Shown: piece after piece, positions 10,378-20,629 of the stretch
How positions within the stretch are numbered: the first letter of the stretch is position 1
How the letters are laid out: each line of letters opens with the position of its first letter
DNA from: Rhodanobacter sp.
GTDB lineage: Bacteria > Pseudomonadota > Gammaproteobacteria > Xanthomonadales > Rhodanobacteraceae
Assembly: GCA_039936515.1 (NCBI GenBank)
Contig: JBDTIE010000312.1
Location: 1-43,236, forward strand
Length of the DNA stretch: 43,236 nucleotides
Direction of reading: 5' to 3'
Program-made: the position numbers and the translations under genes
The notes under the pieces: model-generated
What the model was told of the DNA's origin: nothing
The model's database searches: none
Seen by the model: only the letters and a program-made list of their open reading frames with translations

Positions 10378-10406
10378 TTGCGTCGCCACGAATTTGCCGG
10401 CATGAT
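10378..10406 (+). promoter_or_regulatory. Candidate sigma70 promoter of the arg operon
   Basis: TTGCGT (10378-83), 17 nt, CATGAT (10401-06). Confidence 0.5.
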
Positions 10407-10432
10407 GCCCGAGCCGGCACCGAAGAACAGAA

Positions 10433-10537
10433 ATGTCCATAGACGTCTATACCGCCACAGTCCTTACCAGCGCCCGCGCGGCAGCTGGCATGACGTCGCG
10501 TGCACGCCGACCGCTGGATCGCCTTGTGGCCGGGTAG
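10433..10537 (+). CDS. Putative Arg-containing leader peptide (34 aa: MSIDVYTATVLTSARAAAGMTSRARRPLDRLVAG)
   Basis: Manual translation; Arg codons CGT, CGC, CGA at 10499-10510 and CGC at 10520; stop lies on the antiterminator strand; alternative start 10490. Confidence 0.65.
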   Translation: MSIDVYTATVLTSARAAAGMTSRARRPLDRLVAG

Positions 10538-10595
10538 GCTGTCGCACGTTGCATGTGTATCGACGAAACCCGGCCGCCGCGCCGGGTTTTTTATT
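10507..10595 (+). promoter_or_regulatory. Putative transcription attenuator (protector/antiterminator/terminator) of the arg operon
   Basis: Terminator aaacccggc-cgccgc-gccgggtttttt (10566-92). Its 5' arm can instead pair with 10526-35, which can instead pair with 10507-14. Confidence 0.75.
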
Positions 10596-10666
10596 GGCCC
10601 GGACCCTCAACCCCTGAAACCAGTCCCGCAGCCGGCAACACAACTGCCCTCAAGAGCTTATCTGCC

Positions 10667-11674
10667 ATGGCCCCACGCCACTTCATCACCACCCAGGACT
10701 ACAGCCGTGCCCAGATCGATGCGCTGCTGGAGCAGGCGGCCGCGTTCAAGCGATCGCCACACGGCCGGCAACTGGCCGGCAAGTCCATCGCGTTGCTGTT
10801 CTTCAATCCCTCGATGCGTACGCGTACCAGCTTCGAGCTCGGTGCGTTCCAGCTCGGCGCGCACGCGATCGTGCTGGCTCCGGGCAAGGATGCGTGGCCG
10901 ATCGAGTTCGAGCTGGGCAGCGTGATGGATGGCGACAGCGAGGAGCACATCATCGAGGTGGCAAAGGTTCTGTCGCGTTATGTCGACCTGATCGCGGTGC
11001 GTGCGTTTCCGAAGTTCCAGGACTGGGCAGTGGACCGCCAGGACCAGGTCATCAAGGCTTTTGCGCGCTACGCGACGGTGCCGGTGATCAACATGGAAAC
11101 CATCACCCATCCGTGCCAGGAACTGGCACATGTGCTGGCGTTGCGCGAACACCTCGGCAGCCTGCAGAACAGGAAGTACGTGCTGACCTGGGCCTATCAC
11201 CCCAAGCCGCTGAATACGGCGGTGGCAAACTCCGCGCTGCTGATCGCAACGAAAATGGGTATGGATGTAACGCTGTTGTGTCCCACGCCAGAGTACGTAC
11301 TGGACGAACGTTACATGGCGTTTGGCCATCTGAACGCACGGCAGAACGGCGGTTCGCTCACGGTCAGCCACGATGTCGAATCTGCCTACCGCGGGGCCGA
11401 TGTGGTGTACGCCAAGAGTTGGGGTGCGCTGCCGTTCTTCGGCCGTTGGGATGAAGAACAGCCCATTCGCGAGGCGAGTCGCAATTTCACGGTGGACACG
11501 GCAAAGATGGATCTGACCAACCACGCGTTGTTCAGCCATTGCCTGCCGCTGCGTCGCAATGTGCAGGCCACCGATGAGGTGATGGATTCGCCGCAGTGCA
11601 TTGCCATCGACGAGGCGGAGAATCGTCTGCACGTGCAGAAGGCGGTGATGGTGTCACTGCTCGCCGCGCACTGA
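10667..11674 (+). CDS. argF: N-acetylornithine carbamoyltransferase (ArgF')
   Basis: SMRTR (not STRTR), AWPIEF, HPCQ, HPKPL, HCLP motifs typical of the acetylornithine transcarbamylase type. Confidence 0.95.
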   Translation: MAPRHFITTQDYSRAQIDALLEQAAAFKRSPHGRQLAGKSIALLFFNPSMRTRTSFELGAFQLGAHAIVLAPGKDAWPIEFELGSVMDGDSEEHIIEVAKVLSRYVDLIAVRAFPKFQDWAVDRQDQVIKAFARYATVPVINMETITHPCQELAHVLALREHLGSLQNRKYVLTWAYHPKPLNTAVANSALLIATKMGMDVTLLCPTPEYVLDERYMAFGHLNARQNGGSLTVSHDVESAYRGADVVYAKSWGALPFFGRWDEEQPIREASRNFTVDTAKMDLTNHALFSHCLPLRRNVQATDEVMDSPQCIAIDEAENRLHVQKAVMVSLLAAH

Positions 11675-11692
11675 TCGCCAGGAGACCGGCTC

Positions 11693-11839
11693 ATGTACAT
11701 GCCTGAAGAGTTCAGGGAAAGCCGCATCGAGGCCTTGCGGGACCTGATGCGTACCAGCCCCCTGGCGACCGTGATGACCTGTGGCGACACTGGACTGGTC
11801 GCCGAATTCATGGCGCGGCAGCGGAACCCACAACCATGA
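11693..11839 (+). pseudogene. 48-aa remnant of a PaiB-family FMN-binding regulator
   Basis: AGGAGA RBS; MYMPEEFRESRIEALRDLMRTSPLATVMTCGDTGLVA matches the PaiB N-terminus (MY.P..F.E....L..L....PLATL.T....L.A) but ends after 48 aa; ATGA overlap with the next gene. Confidence 0.7.
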
Positions 11840-12315
11840 CCAGCGAACAGCGCCATCACTATCGTGTTGACATCGAGTGGACCGGCAATCTAGGTACCGG
11901 CACGCAGACCTATCGCAGCTATCGGCGTGACCATTCGATTCATGTCACCGGCAAGCCAACGCTCGCTGGCTCGTCCGACCCCACTTTTCATGGCGATGCC
12001 GCGCGACACAACCCCGAAGACCTGCTGCTGGCGGCGTTGTCGAGTTGCCACATGTTGTCGTATCTGCATATGGCGGTGCTGGCGGGTGTAGTGGTGACGG
12101 CATACACCGATGTCGCCGAGGCGACAATGGAAACCGCCGGCCAAGGCGGCCGTTTCGTTGAAGTGGTGTTGCATCCGCTGGTGACGATCAGCGCCGGCAG
12201 TGACCCGGCCAAGGCCGAAGCCGCTCACGCCGACGCGCACCATGCCTGTTTCATAGCCAATTCGGTGAATTTCCCGGTGCGCTGTGAGCCACGCATCGTC
12301 TTCGCCGCCGCCTGA
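11836..12315 (+). CDS. OsmC/Ohr-family protein
   Basis: W.GN.G.GT, NPEDLL.AALSSCHML, HACFIANSV (two Cys). Confidence 0.92.
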   Translation: MTSEQRHHYRVDIEWTGNLGTGTQTYRSYRRDHSIHVTGKPTLAGSSDPTFHGDAARHNPEDLLLAALSSCHMLSYLHMAVLAGVVVTAYTDVAEATMETAGQGGRFVEVVLHPLVTISAGSDPAKAEAAHADAHHACFIANSVNFPVRCEPRIVFAAA

Positions 12316-12344
12316 CCTGACTTCTGTCCCGAGACCTGCATGCC

Positions 12345-13538
12345 ATGAGCAAAGATATCGTCCTCGCCTTTTCCGGTGGCCTCGACACCAGCTTCTGCGT
12401 ACCGTATCTGCGCGAGCGCGGCTGGGTGGTGCACACCGTGTTTGCGGACACCGGCGGCGTGGATGCGGCCGAGCGCGTATTCATCGAACAGCGCGCGGCC
12501 GAACTGGGCGTGGCCAGCCACGTCACCGTCGACGGCGGTCCGGAACTGTGGGCCCATTTCGTCAAGCCGTTTGTATGGGCAGGCGAGGGTTACCAGGGCC
12601 AGTACCCGCTGCTGGTGTCCGACCGCTACCTGATCGTCGAGGCCGCGCTCAAGCGCGCGGCCGAGTTGGGCACCAAGGTGATCGCGCATGGCTGCACCGG
12701 CATGGGCAACGACCAGGTGCGGTTTGATCTGACGGTGAAGTCGCTTGGCGACTACACCATCGTGGCGCCGATCCGCGAAATACAGAAGGAACATACCGAG
12801 GTGCGTGCATACGAACAGCAGTATCTGCACGAGCACGGTTTTGATGTGCGGGCTAAGCAGCAGGCGTACACCATCAACGAGAACCTGTTGGGCCTGACCA
12901 TGTCCGGCGGCGAGATCGATCGCTGGCAGGCGCCCGCTGCCGGCGCCACAGGCTGGTGCAAGCCACGTGGCGAATGGCCGTCCAAACCGCTGCAGGTGAA
13001 GCTGGGCTTCGTCAACGGCGAGGCGGTGACGCTGGATGGTGAGCAGATTGCCGGCCACGCCATGCTGGCGAAGCTCAATGGCCTGTTCGCGCGTTACGGT
13101 GTAGGTCGCGGCATCTATACCGGCGACACCACGATAGGCTTGAAGGGTCGCATCATCTTCGAGGCGCCAGGATTGACCGCACTGCTGACTGCGCACCGTG
13201 CGCTGGAAGAGGCCGTGCTCAGCAAACACCAGAACCGCTTCAAGCCCGAGGTGGCGCGGCGCTGGGTGGAACTGGTGTACGAAGGCTTCTTCCACGATCC
13301 GTTGAAGCGCGATCTGGAGGAATTTCTGGCATCAAGCCAGGCCACCGTCAACGGCGAGGTGACGCTGGAAACCAGCGGCGGAAGCGTCAGCGCCGTGGCG
13401 ATCGAATCCAAGCACATCCTTGCCGCCAAAGGCGCGATCTATGCGCAAACCGCCGACTGGGGCGTGGTCGAAGCGGAGGGTTTCATCAAGCTGTATGGCA
13501 TGAGCAGCACGCTGTGGGCCGAGGTAAACCGCTCGTGA
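12345..13538 (+). CDS. argG: Argininosuccinate synthase
   Basis: [32 protein letters not shown]. Confidence 0.97.
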   Translation: MSKDIVLAFSGGLDTSFCVPYLRERGWVVHTVFADTGGVDAAERVFIEQRAAELGVASHVTVDGGPELWAHFVKPFVWAGEGYQGQYPLLVSDRYLIVEAALKRAAELGTKVIAHGCTGMGNDQVRFDLTVKSLGDYTIVAPIREIQKEHTEVRAYEQQYLHEHGFDVRAKQQAYTINENLLGLTMSGGEIDRWQAPAAGATGWCKPRGEWPSKPLQVKLGFVNGEAVTLDGEQIAGHAMLAKLNGLFARYGVGRGIYTGDTTIGLKGRIIFEAPGLTALLTAHRALEEAVLSKHQNRFKPEVARRWVELVYEGFFHDPLKRDLEEFLASSQATVNGEVTLETSGGSVSAVAIESKHILAAKGAIYAQTADWGVVEAEGFIKLYGMSSTLWAEVNRS

Positions 13539-14659
13539 GCCGGGATCCTGGACGGGATACGTCCACTCTGCTGGACGCGACCTTGACGCACCTGCAGGCA
13601 CTGGTTGGCTTCGACACGCGCAACCCGCCGCGGGCGATCGACAGCGGCGGCATTTTCGATTATCTGCGTGCGCACTTGCCCGGTTTCACGCTGACGCTGA
13701 CTGATCACGGCGCCGGCGCGGTGGCACTGCATGCAGTGCGCGGTCAGCCGCGCTTGCTGTTCAACGTGCATCTGGACACAGTGCCGGATTCGCCGGCGTG
13801 GACGGCCGACCCACATACCCTGCGCGTCACCGCCGATCGGGCGATCGGCCTGGGCGCGTGTGACATCAAGGGCGCCGCCGCCGCCTTGCTGGCGGTGGCA
13901 AATGCCAGCGATGGCGCCATGGCGCTGCTGTTCTCCACCGACGAGGAAGCAAATGATCCGCGCTGCGTTGCCGGCTTCCTCGCCCAGTCGCACGACTATG
14001 CGGCGGTGGTCGTGGCCGAGCCGACGCAGGCGAAAGCGGTGCTGGCGCATCGTGGTATCCAGTCGGCGCTGCTGCGCTTTGCCGGCGAGGCCGGACACGC
14101 CGCCGGCGTGCAGCGGCCGGCCGATAGCGCCTTGCATCAGGCGGTGCGTTGGGGAGCGGCAGCGCTGGACTTTGTCGACGCGCAAGCGCACGAACAGTTT
14201 GGGGGTCTGAGCGGCCTGCGCTTCAACATCGGCCGCATCGAAGGCGGGATCAAGGCCAACATGATCGCGCCGTCCGCCGAGTTGCGCTTTGGTTGCCGGC
14301 CTTTGCCAAACATGGACCCGGATCATTTGCTGGCGCGGTTGCGCGCGTTGGCCGACCCGCCGCCGCTGGAATGCACCGAGACCTTTCGCGGCGCCTGCCT
14401 GCCGGCTGGCAATCCCGCGCGTGCCGAGGAACGTCGCCTGCTGGCGCGCGACCTGGCTGAGGAGCTGGCGATCCCGGTCGGCAATGCGGTGGACTTCTGG
14501 ACCGAAGCGGCGTTGTTTTCGGCAGTCGGCTTCACCGCGCTGGTGTATGGCCCGGGCGACATCGCGCAGGCGCACTGTGCCGACGAGTGGGTCGCGCTGG
14601 ATCAATTGCGGCACTACGCGGCAACCGTGCATGAGGTGGTGCATCGTGGACACGCCTGA
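13535..14659 (+). CDS. argE: Acetylornithine/acetylcitrulline deacetylase
   Basis: [35 protein letters not shown]20 motifs; GTGA overlap with argG. Confidence 0.93.
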   Translation: MSRDPGRDTSTLLDATLTHLQALVGFDTRNPPRAIDSGGIFDYLRAHLPGFTLTLTDHGAGAVALHAVRGQPRLLFNVHLDTVPDSPAWTADPHTLRVTADRAIGLGACDIKGAAAALLAVANASDGAMALLFSTDEEANDPRCVAGFLAQSHDYAAVVVAEPTQAKAVLAHRGIQSALLRFAGEAGHAAGVQRPADSALHQAVRWGAAALDFVDAQAHEQFGGLSGLRFNIGRIEGGIKANMIAPSAELRFGCRPLPNMDPDHLLARLRALADPPPLECTETFRGACLPAGNPARAEERRLLARDLAEELAIPVGNAVDFWTEAALFSAVGFTALVYGPGDIAQAHCADEWVALDQLRHYAATVHEVVHRGHA

Positions 14660-16049
14660 AGCCAACGCCTCGCATTGGGAAAACGACCATCACCAAAGGT
14701 CTTCCACGAACATGCAGAACCAGGGCAGCGCGAACGTGAACACTCGACAGACCATCGTGCGGCTGCTGTCGGCCATGGGCAGCGCCAAGGAAATCCAGCA
14801 GTACCTCAAGCGCTTCTCGCAGCTTGATGCAAAGCGCTTTGCGGTGGTCAAGGTCGGCGGTGCGGTGCTGCGCGACGACCTGGCGGCACTGACCTCGTCG
14901 CTGACGTTTCTGCAGCAGGTCGGTCTGACCCCGATCGTGCTGCACGGTGCCGGCCCGCAACTGGACGATGAACTGGCAGCAGCCGGCTTCGCCAAGCGCA
15001 CCGTCAACGGCCTGCGGGTGACTTCGCCGGCGGCACTGGCGATCGTGCGGCGCGTGTTCCAGCGGCAAAACCTGCGGTTGGTGGAAGCGCTGCAGGCGCT
15101 GGGTACCCGCGCCACGTCGGTGCCCTCGGGCGTGTTCACCGCCAGCATGCTGGACGCGGATGTCTATGGTCTGGTGGGCAAGGTGGAGTGGATCAACCTT
15201 GCCCCGATCGAGGCCAGCCTGCGTGCCAATTCCATTCCCGTGATCGCCAGCCTGGGCGAAACCGAAGCCGGCCAGATCCTCAACATCAACGCCGACTTCG
15301 CCGCCAACGAGCTGGTACGGGTGCTGCAGCCATACAAGATCGTGTTTCTCACCGGCACCGGCGGGCTGCTGGATGACAAGGGCAAAGTCATCGATTCGAT
15401 CAACCTCAGTACCGAGTACGAACGGTTGATGGGCCAGCCGTGGCTCAATGGCGGCATGCGCCTGAAGATCGAACAGATTGCCGACCTGTTGGCGGATTTG
15501 CCGCTGACCTCGTCGGTATCGATCACCCGGCCGGCCGAGCTGGCGAAGGAACTGTTCACGCACAAGGGTTCGGGCACGCTGGTACGACGTGGCGAACGCG
15601 TGCTGCGCTTCACGTCGTGGGACGGCGTGGATCTGGCGCGCCTGCGCGTGCTGATCGAGTCGAGTTTCGGCCGCAAGCTGGTCGACGATTACTTCGATCG
15701 CACGCATCCGTGCTGCGTGCATGTCAGTGAAAATTATCGGGCGGCGATGATCCTCACTACCGAGGACGGCATGACCTACCTCGACAAGTTCGCGGTGCTG
15801 GATGACGCCCAGGGCGAAGGTCTCGGGCGCGCCGTGTGGCAGGTGATGCGGGCGGAACATCCGCAGCTGTTCTGGCGCTCGCGGCACGGCAACCCGGTCA
15901 ATCCGTTCTATTACGCTGAATCGGATGGTTGTCTCAAGCAGGAGCGCTGGAAGGTGTTCTGGTACGGGCTGGACAGCTTTGATGACATCGCGCGCTGCGT
16001 GGCCCATTGCGCCTCGCGACAACCCACCTTGCAGGAGCGCACAGCATGA
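14646..16049 (+). CDS. argB: Bifunctional N-acetylglutamate synthase/kinase (kinase plus C-terminal NAT domain); alternative start 14712
   Basis: [20 protein letters not shown] kinase domain; [10 protein letters not shown] linker; YLDKFAV...QGEGLG, LFWRSR..NP.N..Y NAT domain. Confidence 0.93.
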   Translation: MDTPEANASHWENDHHQRSSTNMQNQGSANVNTRQTIVRLLSAMGSAKEIQQYLKRFSQLDAKRFAVVKVGGAVLRDDLAALTSSLTFLQQVGLTPIVLHGAGPQLDDELAAAGFAKRTVNGLRVTSPAALAIVRRVFQRQNLRLVEALQALGTRATSVPSGVFTASMLDADVYGLVGKVEWINLAPIEASLRANSIPVIASLGETEAGQILNINADFAANELVRVLQPYKIVFLTGTGGLLDDKGKVIDSINLSTEYERLMGQPWLNGGMRLKIEQIADLLADLPLTSSVSITRPAELAKELFTHKGSGTLVRRGERVLRFTSWDGVDLARLRVLIESSFGRKLVDDYFDRTHPCCVHVSENYRAAMILTTEDGMTYLDKFAVLDDAQGEGLGRAVWQVMRAEHPQLFWRSRHGNPVNPFYYAESDGCLKQERWKVFWYGLDSFDDIARCVAHCASRQPTLQERTA

Positions 16050-17017
16050 GCACTTCGGGCGCGAACCCGGCAAAGAAAACGGTCGGCATCGTCGGCGCGC
16101 GTGGCCACACTGGCGCGGAATTGATCCGCCTGATCGACGCCCACCCCACGCTGGAGCTTGCCTACGTCTGCTCGCGCGAATTGGCGGGCCAGCGCGTGGA
16201 CAGCCACTTGCCGGATTACCACGGCGACCTGCGCTACACCGCGCCAGGGCAAGCGGACTTGCCGGGGCTGGGCGCCGACATCGTGGTGTTGGCATTGCCC
16301 AATGGCAAGGCCGCAGCGTGCGTTGCCGCGTTCGACGCAGCTGGCGTGGATCCGCTGATCCTTGACCTGTCAGCAGACTATCGCTTCGACGACAGCTGGT
16401 ATTACGGCCTGCCGGAGTTGTACCGCGAACGATGGCGCGGCGAGCGGCGAATCAGCAACCCTGGCTGCTACGCCACCGCGATGGAACTTTCCATCACCCC
16501 GCTGAAGGATTTGCTGGCCGCGCCGCCGGTGTGCTTTGGCGTGTCCGGCTACTCCGGCGCAGGTACCACGCCCTCAGACAAGAATGATCCGGACAAGCTG
16601 CGCGACAACCTGATGCCGTATGCACTTGTCGGGCATATGCACGAACGGGAGGCGGCATACCGCCTCGGCGTACCAGTGGATTTCATGCCGCACGTGGCAC
16701 CGCACTTTCGTGGTTTGACGGTGACGACCAACCTGTATTTGGCCCGCGCGCTCAAGCGCGACGAGGTGTTCGCGCGCTTCGCGCACGCCTATGCCGGTGA
16801 GCCGTTGCTAAAGCTGGTCGACGACGCGCCGTGGGTGAGCCGCATTGCCGGCCGTCACCACGCCGAGATTGGCGGCATTACCGTATCGGCCGATGGCAAG
16901 CGTGTGGTGATCGTGGCAACCCTGGACAATCTGCTCAAGGGCGCTGCCACGCAGGCGTTGCAGAACATCAACCGCGCCATCGGTGTGGACGAGTACGCAG
17001 GCATCCCCTTGTCGTAG
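16046..17017 (+). CDS. argC: N-acetyl-gamma-glutamyl-phosphate reductase
   Basis: [42 protein letters not shown]. Confidence 0.96.
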   Translation: MSTSGANPAKKTVGIVGARGHTGAELIRLIDAHPTLELAYVCSRELAGQRVDSHLPDYHGDLRYTAPGQADLPGLGADIVVLALPNGKAAACVAAFDAAGVDPLILDLSADYRFDDSWYYGLPELYRERWRGERRISNPGCYATAMELSITPLKDLLAAPPVCFGVSGYSGAGTTPSDKNDPDKLRDNLMPYALVGHMHEREAAYRLGVPVDFMPHVAPHFRGLTVTTNLYLARALKRDEVFARFAHAYAGEPLLKLVDDAPWVSRIAGRHHAEIGGITVSADGKRVVIVATLDNLLKGAATQALQNINRAIGVDEYAGIPLS

Positions 17018-17089
17018 GAGTTCGCCTGTGGGCGATGCCTTTCACGATTCGAGATTCAACGAGCTCATCGCCCGCAAGCGGGCTCCTGC
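17014..17089 (+). repeat. GTAG-family REP doublet (REPIN-like)
   Basis: gtaggagttcgcctgtgggcgatg (17014-37) inverted against catcgcccgcaagcgggctcctgc (17066-89). Confidence 0.75.
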
Positions 17090-17107
17090 AAGAAAACGGG
17101 ACTCACC

Positions 17108-18400
17108 ATGACGCAACCTTTGTGGCAAAAATCCGGCGTGCGCATCGATGCGAAAATCATGCAGTTTCTCGCCGGCAACGACGTGCTGCTGGATCGGGAA
17201 TTCTTCGCGTATGACATCACCGCAAGCAAGGCGCATGTCCAGGGCCTGGCCAACATCGGCGTGATCGCGGCCGCCGACGCCGCGGCGCTGGAGCGCGAGC
17301 TGGATGTGCTGGCGGCGGATTTCCGTGATGGCAGGTTTGTACTTGATGACCGCTACGAAGATGGCCATTCGGCGATCGAGGCGCGTCTGGTGGAGCGTCT
17401 GGGCGATGCCGGCCGGCGCGTGCATACCGGCCGCAGCCGCAACGACCAGATCCTGGTCGCCACCCGTTTGTGGCTGAAGCATCAACTGGCCACGCTGATC
17501 GTGCAGTGCCGCGCGATCGCACAAGTTTGTCTTGATCGCGCCGCACAACCGGCGCTGCCGCTGCCTGGTTACACCCATCTGCAGCGCGCGGTGGTGTCGT
17601 CCACTGCCATGTGGTTTGCCGGCTTCGCCGAAGGCTTCATCGACAATGCCTGGCGTGCGCGGCAGACGTCCGCCTGGATTGACGCCAACCCGCTTGGCAC
17701 GGCCGCCGGTTATGGCGTCAACTTGCCTCTGGATCGTGCGCACACGACGCAGGCGCTCGGCTTCGCGCGCATGCAGATCAGCCCGGTCTACGCGCAGTTG
17801 TCGCGCGGCAAGTTTGAAATGGCGGTGCTGGAGGCGCTCGCCAGCGCGCTGCTGGACCTGCGCCGGATGGCGTGGGACCTGTCGTTGTTCACCACCGCGG
17901 AATTCAACTTCGTGCAACTGCCGGCGCAGTACACCACCGGCAGTTCGATCATGCCCAACAAGCGCAACCCCGATGTCATCGAGTTGCTGCGTGCCAGTTA
18001 TGCCAGCGTGGCAGCGGCGCGCTGTGAAATCGAGCAATTGCTGTCGCTGCCCTCGGGCTACCAGCGCGACCTGCAGCTGTCCAAGGGATCGCTGTTTCAT
18101 GGGGTGACCCATGGTCTGTCGGCGCTGGCATTGGTGCCGGACATGCTCTGCGGCATGCAGTGGAACGAAACGGCCATGCGCGCGTCCATCGAGCCGGGGA
18201 TGTACGCCACCGACGTGGCCATCGAGCAGGCGGCGCAAGGCGTGCCCTTTCGCGATGCCTATCGCGCCGCGGCCGAGGCGTCAGCCGCCGCCGGCGCGGG
18301 CCGCACGCCGGAGCAAAGCCTGGCGGCGCGCGTCTCCCCGGGCGGCGCGGCTGATCTGCAACTGGACGAACTACGGCAACGCTTGCTGCAACTGGCCTGA
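17108..18400 (+). CDS. argH: Argininosuccinate lyase
   Basis: [30 protein letters not shown]. Confidence 0.97.
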   Translation: MTQPLWQKSGVRIDAKIMQFLAGNDVLLDREFFAYDITASKAHVQGLANIGVIAAADAAALERELDVLAADFRDGRFVLDDRYEDGHSAIEARLVERLGDAGRRVHTGRSRNDQILVATRLWLKHQLATLIVQCRAIAQVCLDRAAQPALPLPGYTHLQRAVVSSTAMWFAGFAEGFIDNAWRARQTSAWIDANPLGTAAGYGVNLPLDRAHTTQALGFARMQISPVYAQLSRGKFEMAVLEALASALLDLRRMAWDLSLFTTAEFNFVQLPAQYTTGSSIMPNKRNPDVIELLRASYASVAAARCEIEQLLSLPSGYQRDLQLSKGSLFHGVTHGLSALALVPDMLCGMQWNETAMRASIEPGMYATDVAIEQAAQGVPFRDAYRAAAEASAAAGAGRTPEQSLAARVSPGGAADLQLDELRQRLLQLA

Positions 18401-18434
18401 CGTTGCCCGATGGCGTTCGCGCGCCGGGTGGTCT

Positions 18435-18935
18435 TCAGACGTCGATGTGGCCGTGCTCACCCAGGTCCGACGGTTCGTCACCGAGCATGCCGCGCGCGAA
18501 GTCCAGCGCGCGCTCGATGAAGTTGCCTGAAGCTTCCCAATAGCTGGCATCGCGAACGCGTACGCGCAAGACCATCAGGTTGGGGTCGTCCTTGCCGTCG
18601 GGAAAGAAGATCTTCTGCGCCGGCGTCCACAACTCGTCGATCGTGGCCTGGTCACGGTCCATGCGTGCGCGGCCGCGCACCGACACGTAACGCTTTTCTC
18701 CGTCATCGACGTAGGCCAGGTTGGCCGACGGGTCATCGGTCAACTCCGCGACCTTCTGGCTGCTGGCGGCGGTGAAGAAAATCAGTTCGCCGTTGGCATC
18801 GAACTTGAGCGTCTGCAACGGCCGGCTGACCAGCGAGCCGTCGGCCGCGCGGGTGGTCAACATGGCGGTTTCGATGCCGTCAATCAATTCGCCAAGGCGC
18901 TGCAGGTCGGTATCGTCGGGGGCTGCGTTTTTCAT
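18435..18935 (-). CDS. Pyridoxamine 5'-phosphate oxidase-like / general stress protein 26 family
   Basis: AMLTT...SRP, FFT...SQKV, YVSV.G.A, W...FFPDGKDDP; GGAGA RBS before MKNAA. Confidence 0.88.
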   Translation of the reverse strand: MKNAAPDDTDLQRLGELIDGIETAMLTTRAADGSLVSRPLQTLKFDANGELIFFTAASSQKVAELTDDPSANLAYVDDGEKRYVSVRGRARMDRDQATIDELWTPAQKIFFPDGKDDPNLMVLRVRVRDASYWEASGNFIERALDFARGMLGDEPSDLGEHGHIDV

Positions 18936-19024
18936 GGTTTCTCCGCGTGCATGGGAGATTCCAGCTTGGCGCATGGCACCTCTACGGGTGATGAAAGGGG
19001 GGTGTCTTGGCGTTCTTGCTCTTC

Positions 19025-19296
19025 GCTTTTCACCGAGTGCGCGCAGGATGCGCGCTGCTCTGCCGGGGCCCCTGTGCGGCGGTGAGACGGAGTCGACAGG
19101 CCGCGTAGCGGGCATCGGCACGATGCCGATGCCTTTTCGCAGGTACATGGACGTACCTTCGAAAAGCCCGACTCTGGCTCACGGACTTTCCGCCCATCCA
19201 TTGGCGGAAAGCGCCAAGTGGGGTGGCTTCTCTTTTGGTTACTTTTCTCTGGCCAAGCAGAGAAAAGTAACTCGCGCGCCGCAGGCGCACGAAAGC
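19025..19296. repeat. ~270-nt multi-hairpin intergenic element (dispersed-repeat/MITE-like or structured RNA)
   Basis: At least six hairpins, including gttacttttctctg-gccaag-cagagaaaagtaac (19238-71) and ggcatcggca-cga-tgccgatgcc (19111-33). Confidence 0.7.
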
Positions 19297-19321
19297 CTTT
19301 GCAAAGCGCGACACACCGCAC

Positions 19322-20629
19322 TCAACCGCGTGTCACGCTCGCCTGCCACGTGCGCACCGCATCGATCAACGCCAGGCAATCCGTGTAACGGTTGTACAGC
19401 GGGACCGGCGCAACGCGAATGACGTCCGGCTCCCGCCAATCGCCAATGATGCCGTTGGCCATCAGATATTCGAACAGTGCGCGACCTTGGTCGCGGCCGG
19501 CGCGCACGCGAATGGACAGCTGCGCGCCGCGACGTTCGGGCTGTGCCGGGGTGGCGACCTCCAGCACATCGGGCAATTGCGTGTGCACCAGCCACTCCAG
19601 GTAGCCGGTGAGGCGGGCGGACTTCTCGCACAGGGCGGACATGCCGGCGCGGCGGAAGATCTCCAGCGAAACGCGCAACGGGGCGAGGGCGAGGATGGGC
19701 GGGTTGGACAACTGCCAGCCGTCCGCGCCGGGGGTGGCGGCGAACTCGTCGGGCATCTGGAAACGCGTGGCCTTGTCGTGCCCCCACCAACCGGCGAAAC
19801 GCGGCAGGGTGGCCGTGGCATGGCGCGCGTGGACGAACGCGCCGCCGACGGCTCCGGGCCCGGCATTGAGGTATTTGTAACTGCACCAGATGGCAAAATC
19901 CGCGCCGCTGTCATGCAACTGCAGCGGCAAGTTGCCGACTGCGTGTGCCAGGTCAAAGCCGACCACGGCGCCGTGCCGGTGCGCAAGATCGGTAATGGCC
20001 TTGAGGTCAAATGCCTGGCCGTTGCGGTATTGCACCCCCGGCAACATCACCAGCGCCACGCGCGCGCCGTGCGTGGCCAGCGCACGCTCGATGGCGGCCA
20101 TTGACAACGTGCCGTGCGCCTCGTCGCCTTCCACTTCGATCAGGTCGGTTGCCGGGTCGAAACCGTGGAAGCGGATCTGCGACTGCACCGCGTAGCGGTC
20201 GGTGGGGAACGCGCCGGCCTCGATCAGGATCGCGGGGCGCGCGGCGGTCGGGCGATAGAAGCTGACCATCATCAGGTGCAGGTTCACGCCCAGCGTATTC
20301 ATTGCCACCACTTCGGATGGCTGGGCGCCGACCACGCGCGCCAGGTCGTCGCGTACAAACTCGTGATAGTCCATCCACGGCAGGCGGCCCTTGAAGTGGC
20401 CTTCCACACCAAGCTCGCCCCAGTAGGTCATCTCTGCATTGACCGCTTCGCGCACCGCGCGCGGCTGCAGGCCCAGGGAATTGCCGCACAGGTACACGCT
20501 GTCGCCGGTGCCGGCGTCGGCGGTCTCGTGCGGTGGAATCAGGAACTCGTCGCGAAAGCTGCGCAACGGGTCGGCGGCGTCCGCCGCCTGCGCCCAGGAT
20601 GTGGTGGCTTGGTAGTCGTTGTCGGTCAT
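19322..20629 (-). CDS. kynU: Kynureninase
   Basis: YLCGNSLGLQP, MNTL.VNLH, DLAHAVGN, WCSYKYLNAGPG, GWWGH, SNPP, DWREPD.IR. Confidence 0.97.
   Translation of the reverse strand: MTDNDYQATTSWAQAADAADPLRSFRDEFLIPPHETADAGTGDSVYLCGNSLGLQPRAVREAVNAEMTYWGELGVEGHFKGRLPWMDYHEFVRDDLARVVGAQPSEVVAMNTLGVNLHLMMVSFYRPTAARPAILIEAGAFPTDRYAVQSQIRFHGFDPATDLIEVEGDEAHGTLSMAAIERALATHGARVALVMLPGVQYRNGQAFDLKAITDLAHRHGAVVGFDLAHAVGNLPLQLHDSGADFAIWCSYKYLNAGPGAVGGAFVHARHATATLPRFAGWWGHDKATRFQMPDEFAATPGADGWQLSNPPILALAPLRVSLEIFRRAGMSALCEKSARLTGYLEWLVHTQLPDVLEVATPAQPERRGAQLSIRVRAGRDQGRALFEYLMANGIIGDWREPDVIRVAPVPLYNRYTDCLALIDAVRTWQASVTRG

Noticed and set aside
18936-19148. N-terminal extension of the stress-protein ORF, and small ORFs across 18932-19321
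   Set aside because: They run through the structured repeat; a good RBS supports the 18935 start.
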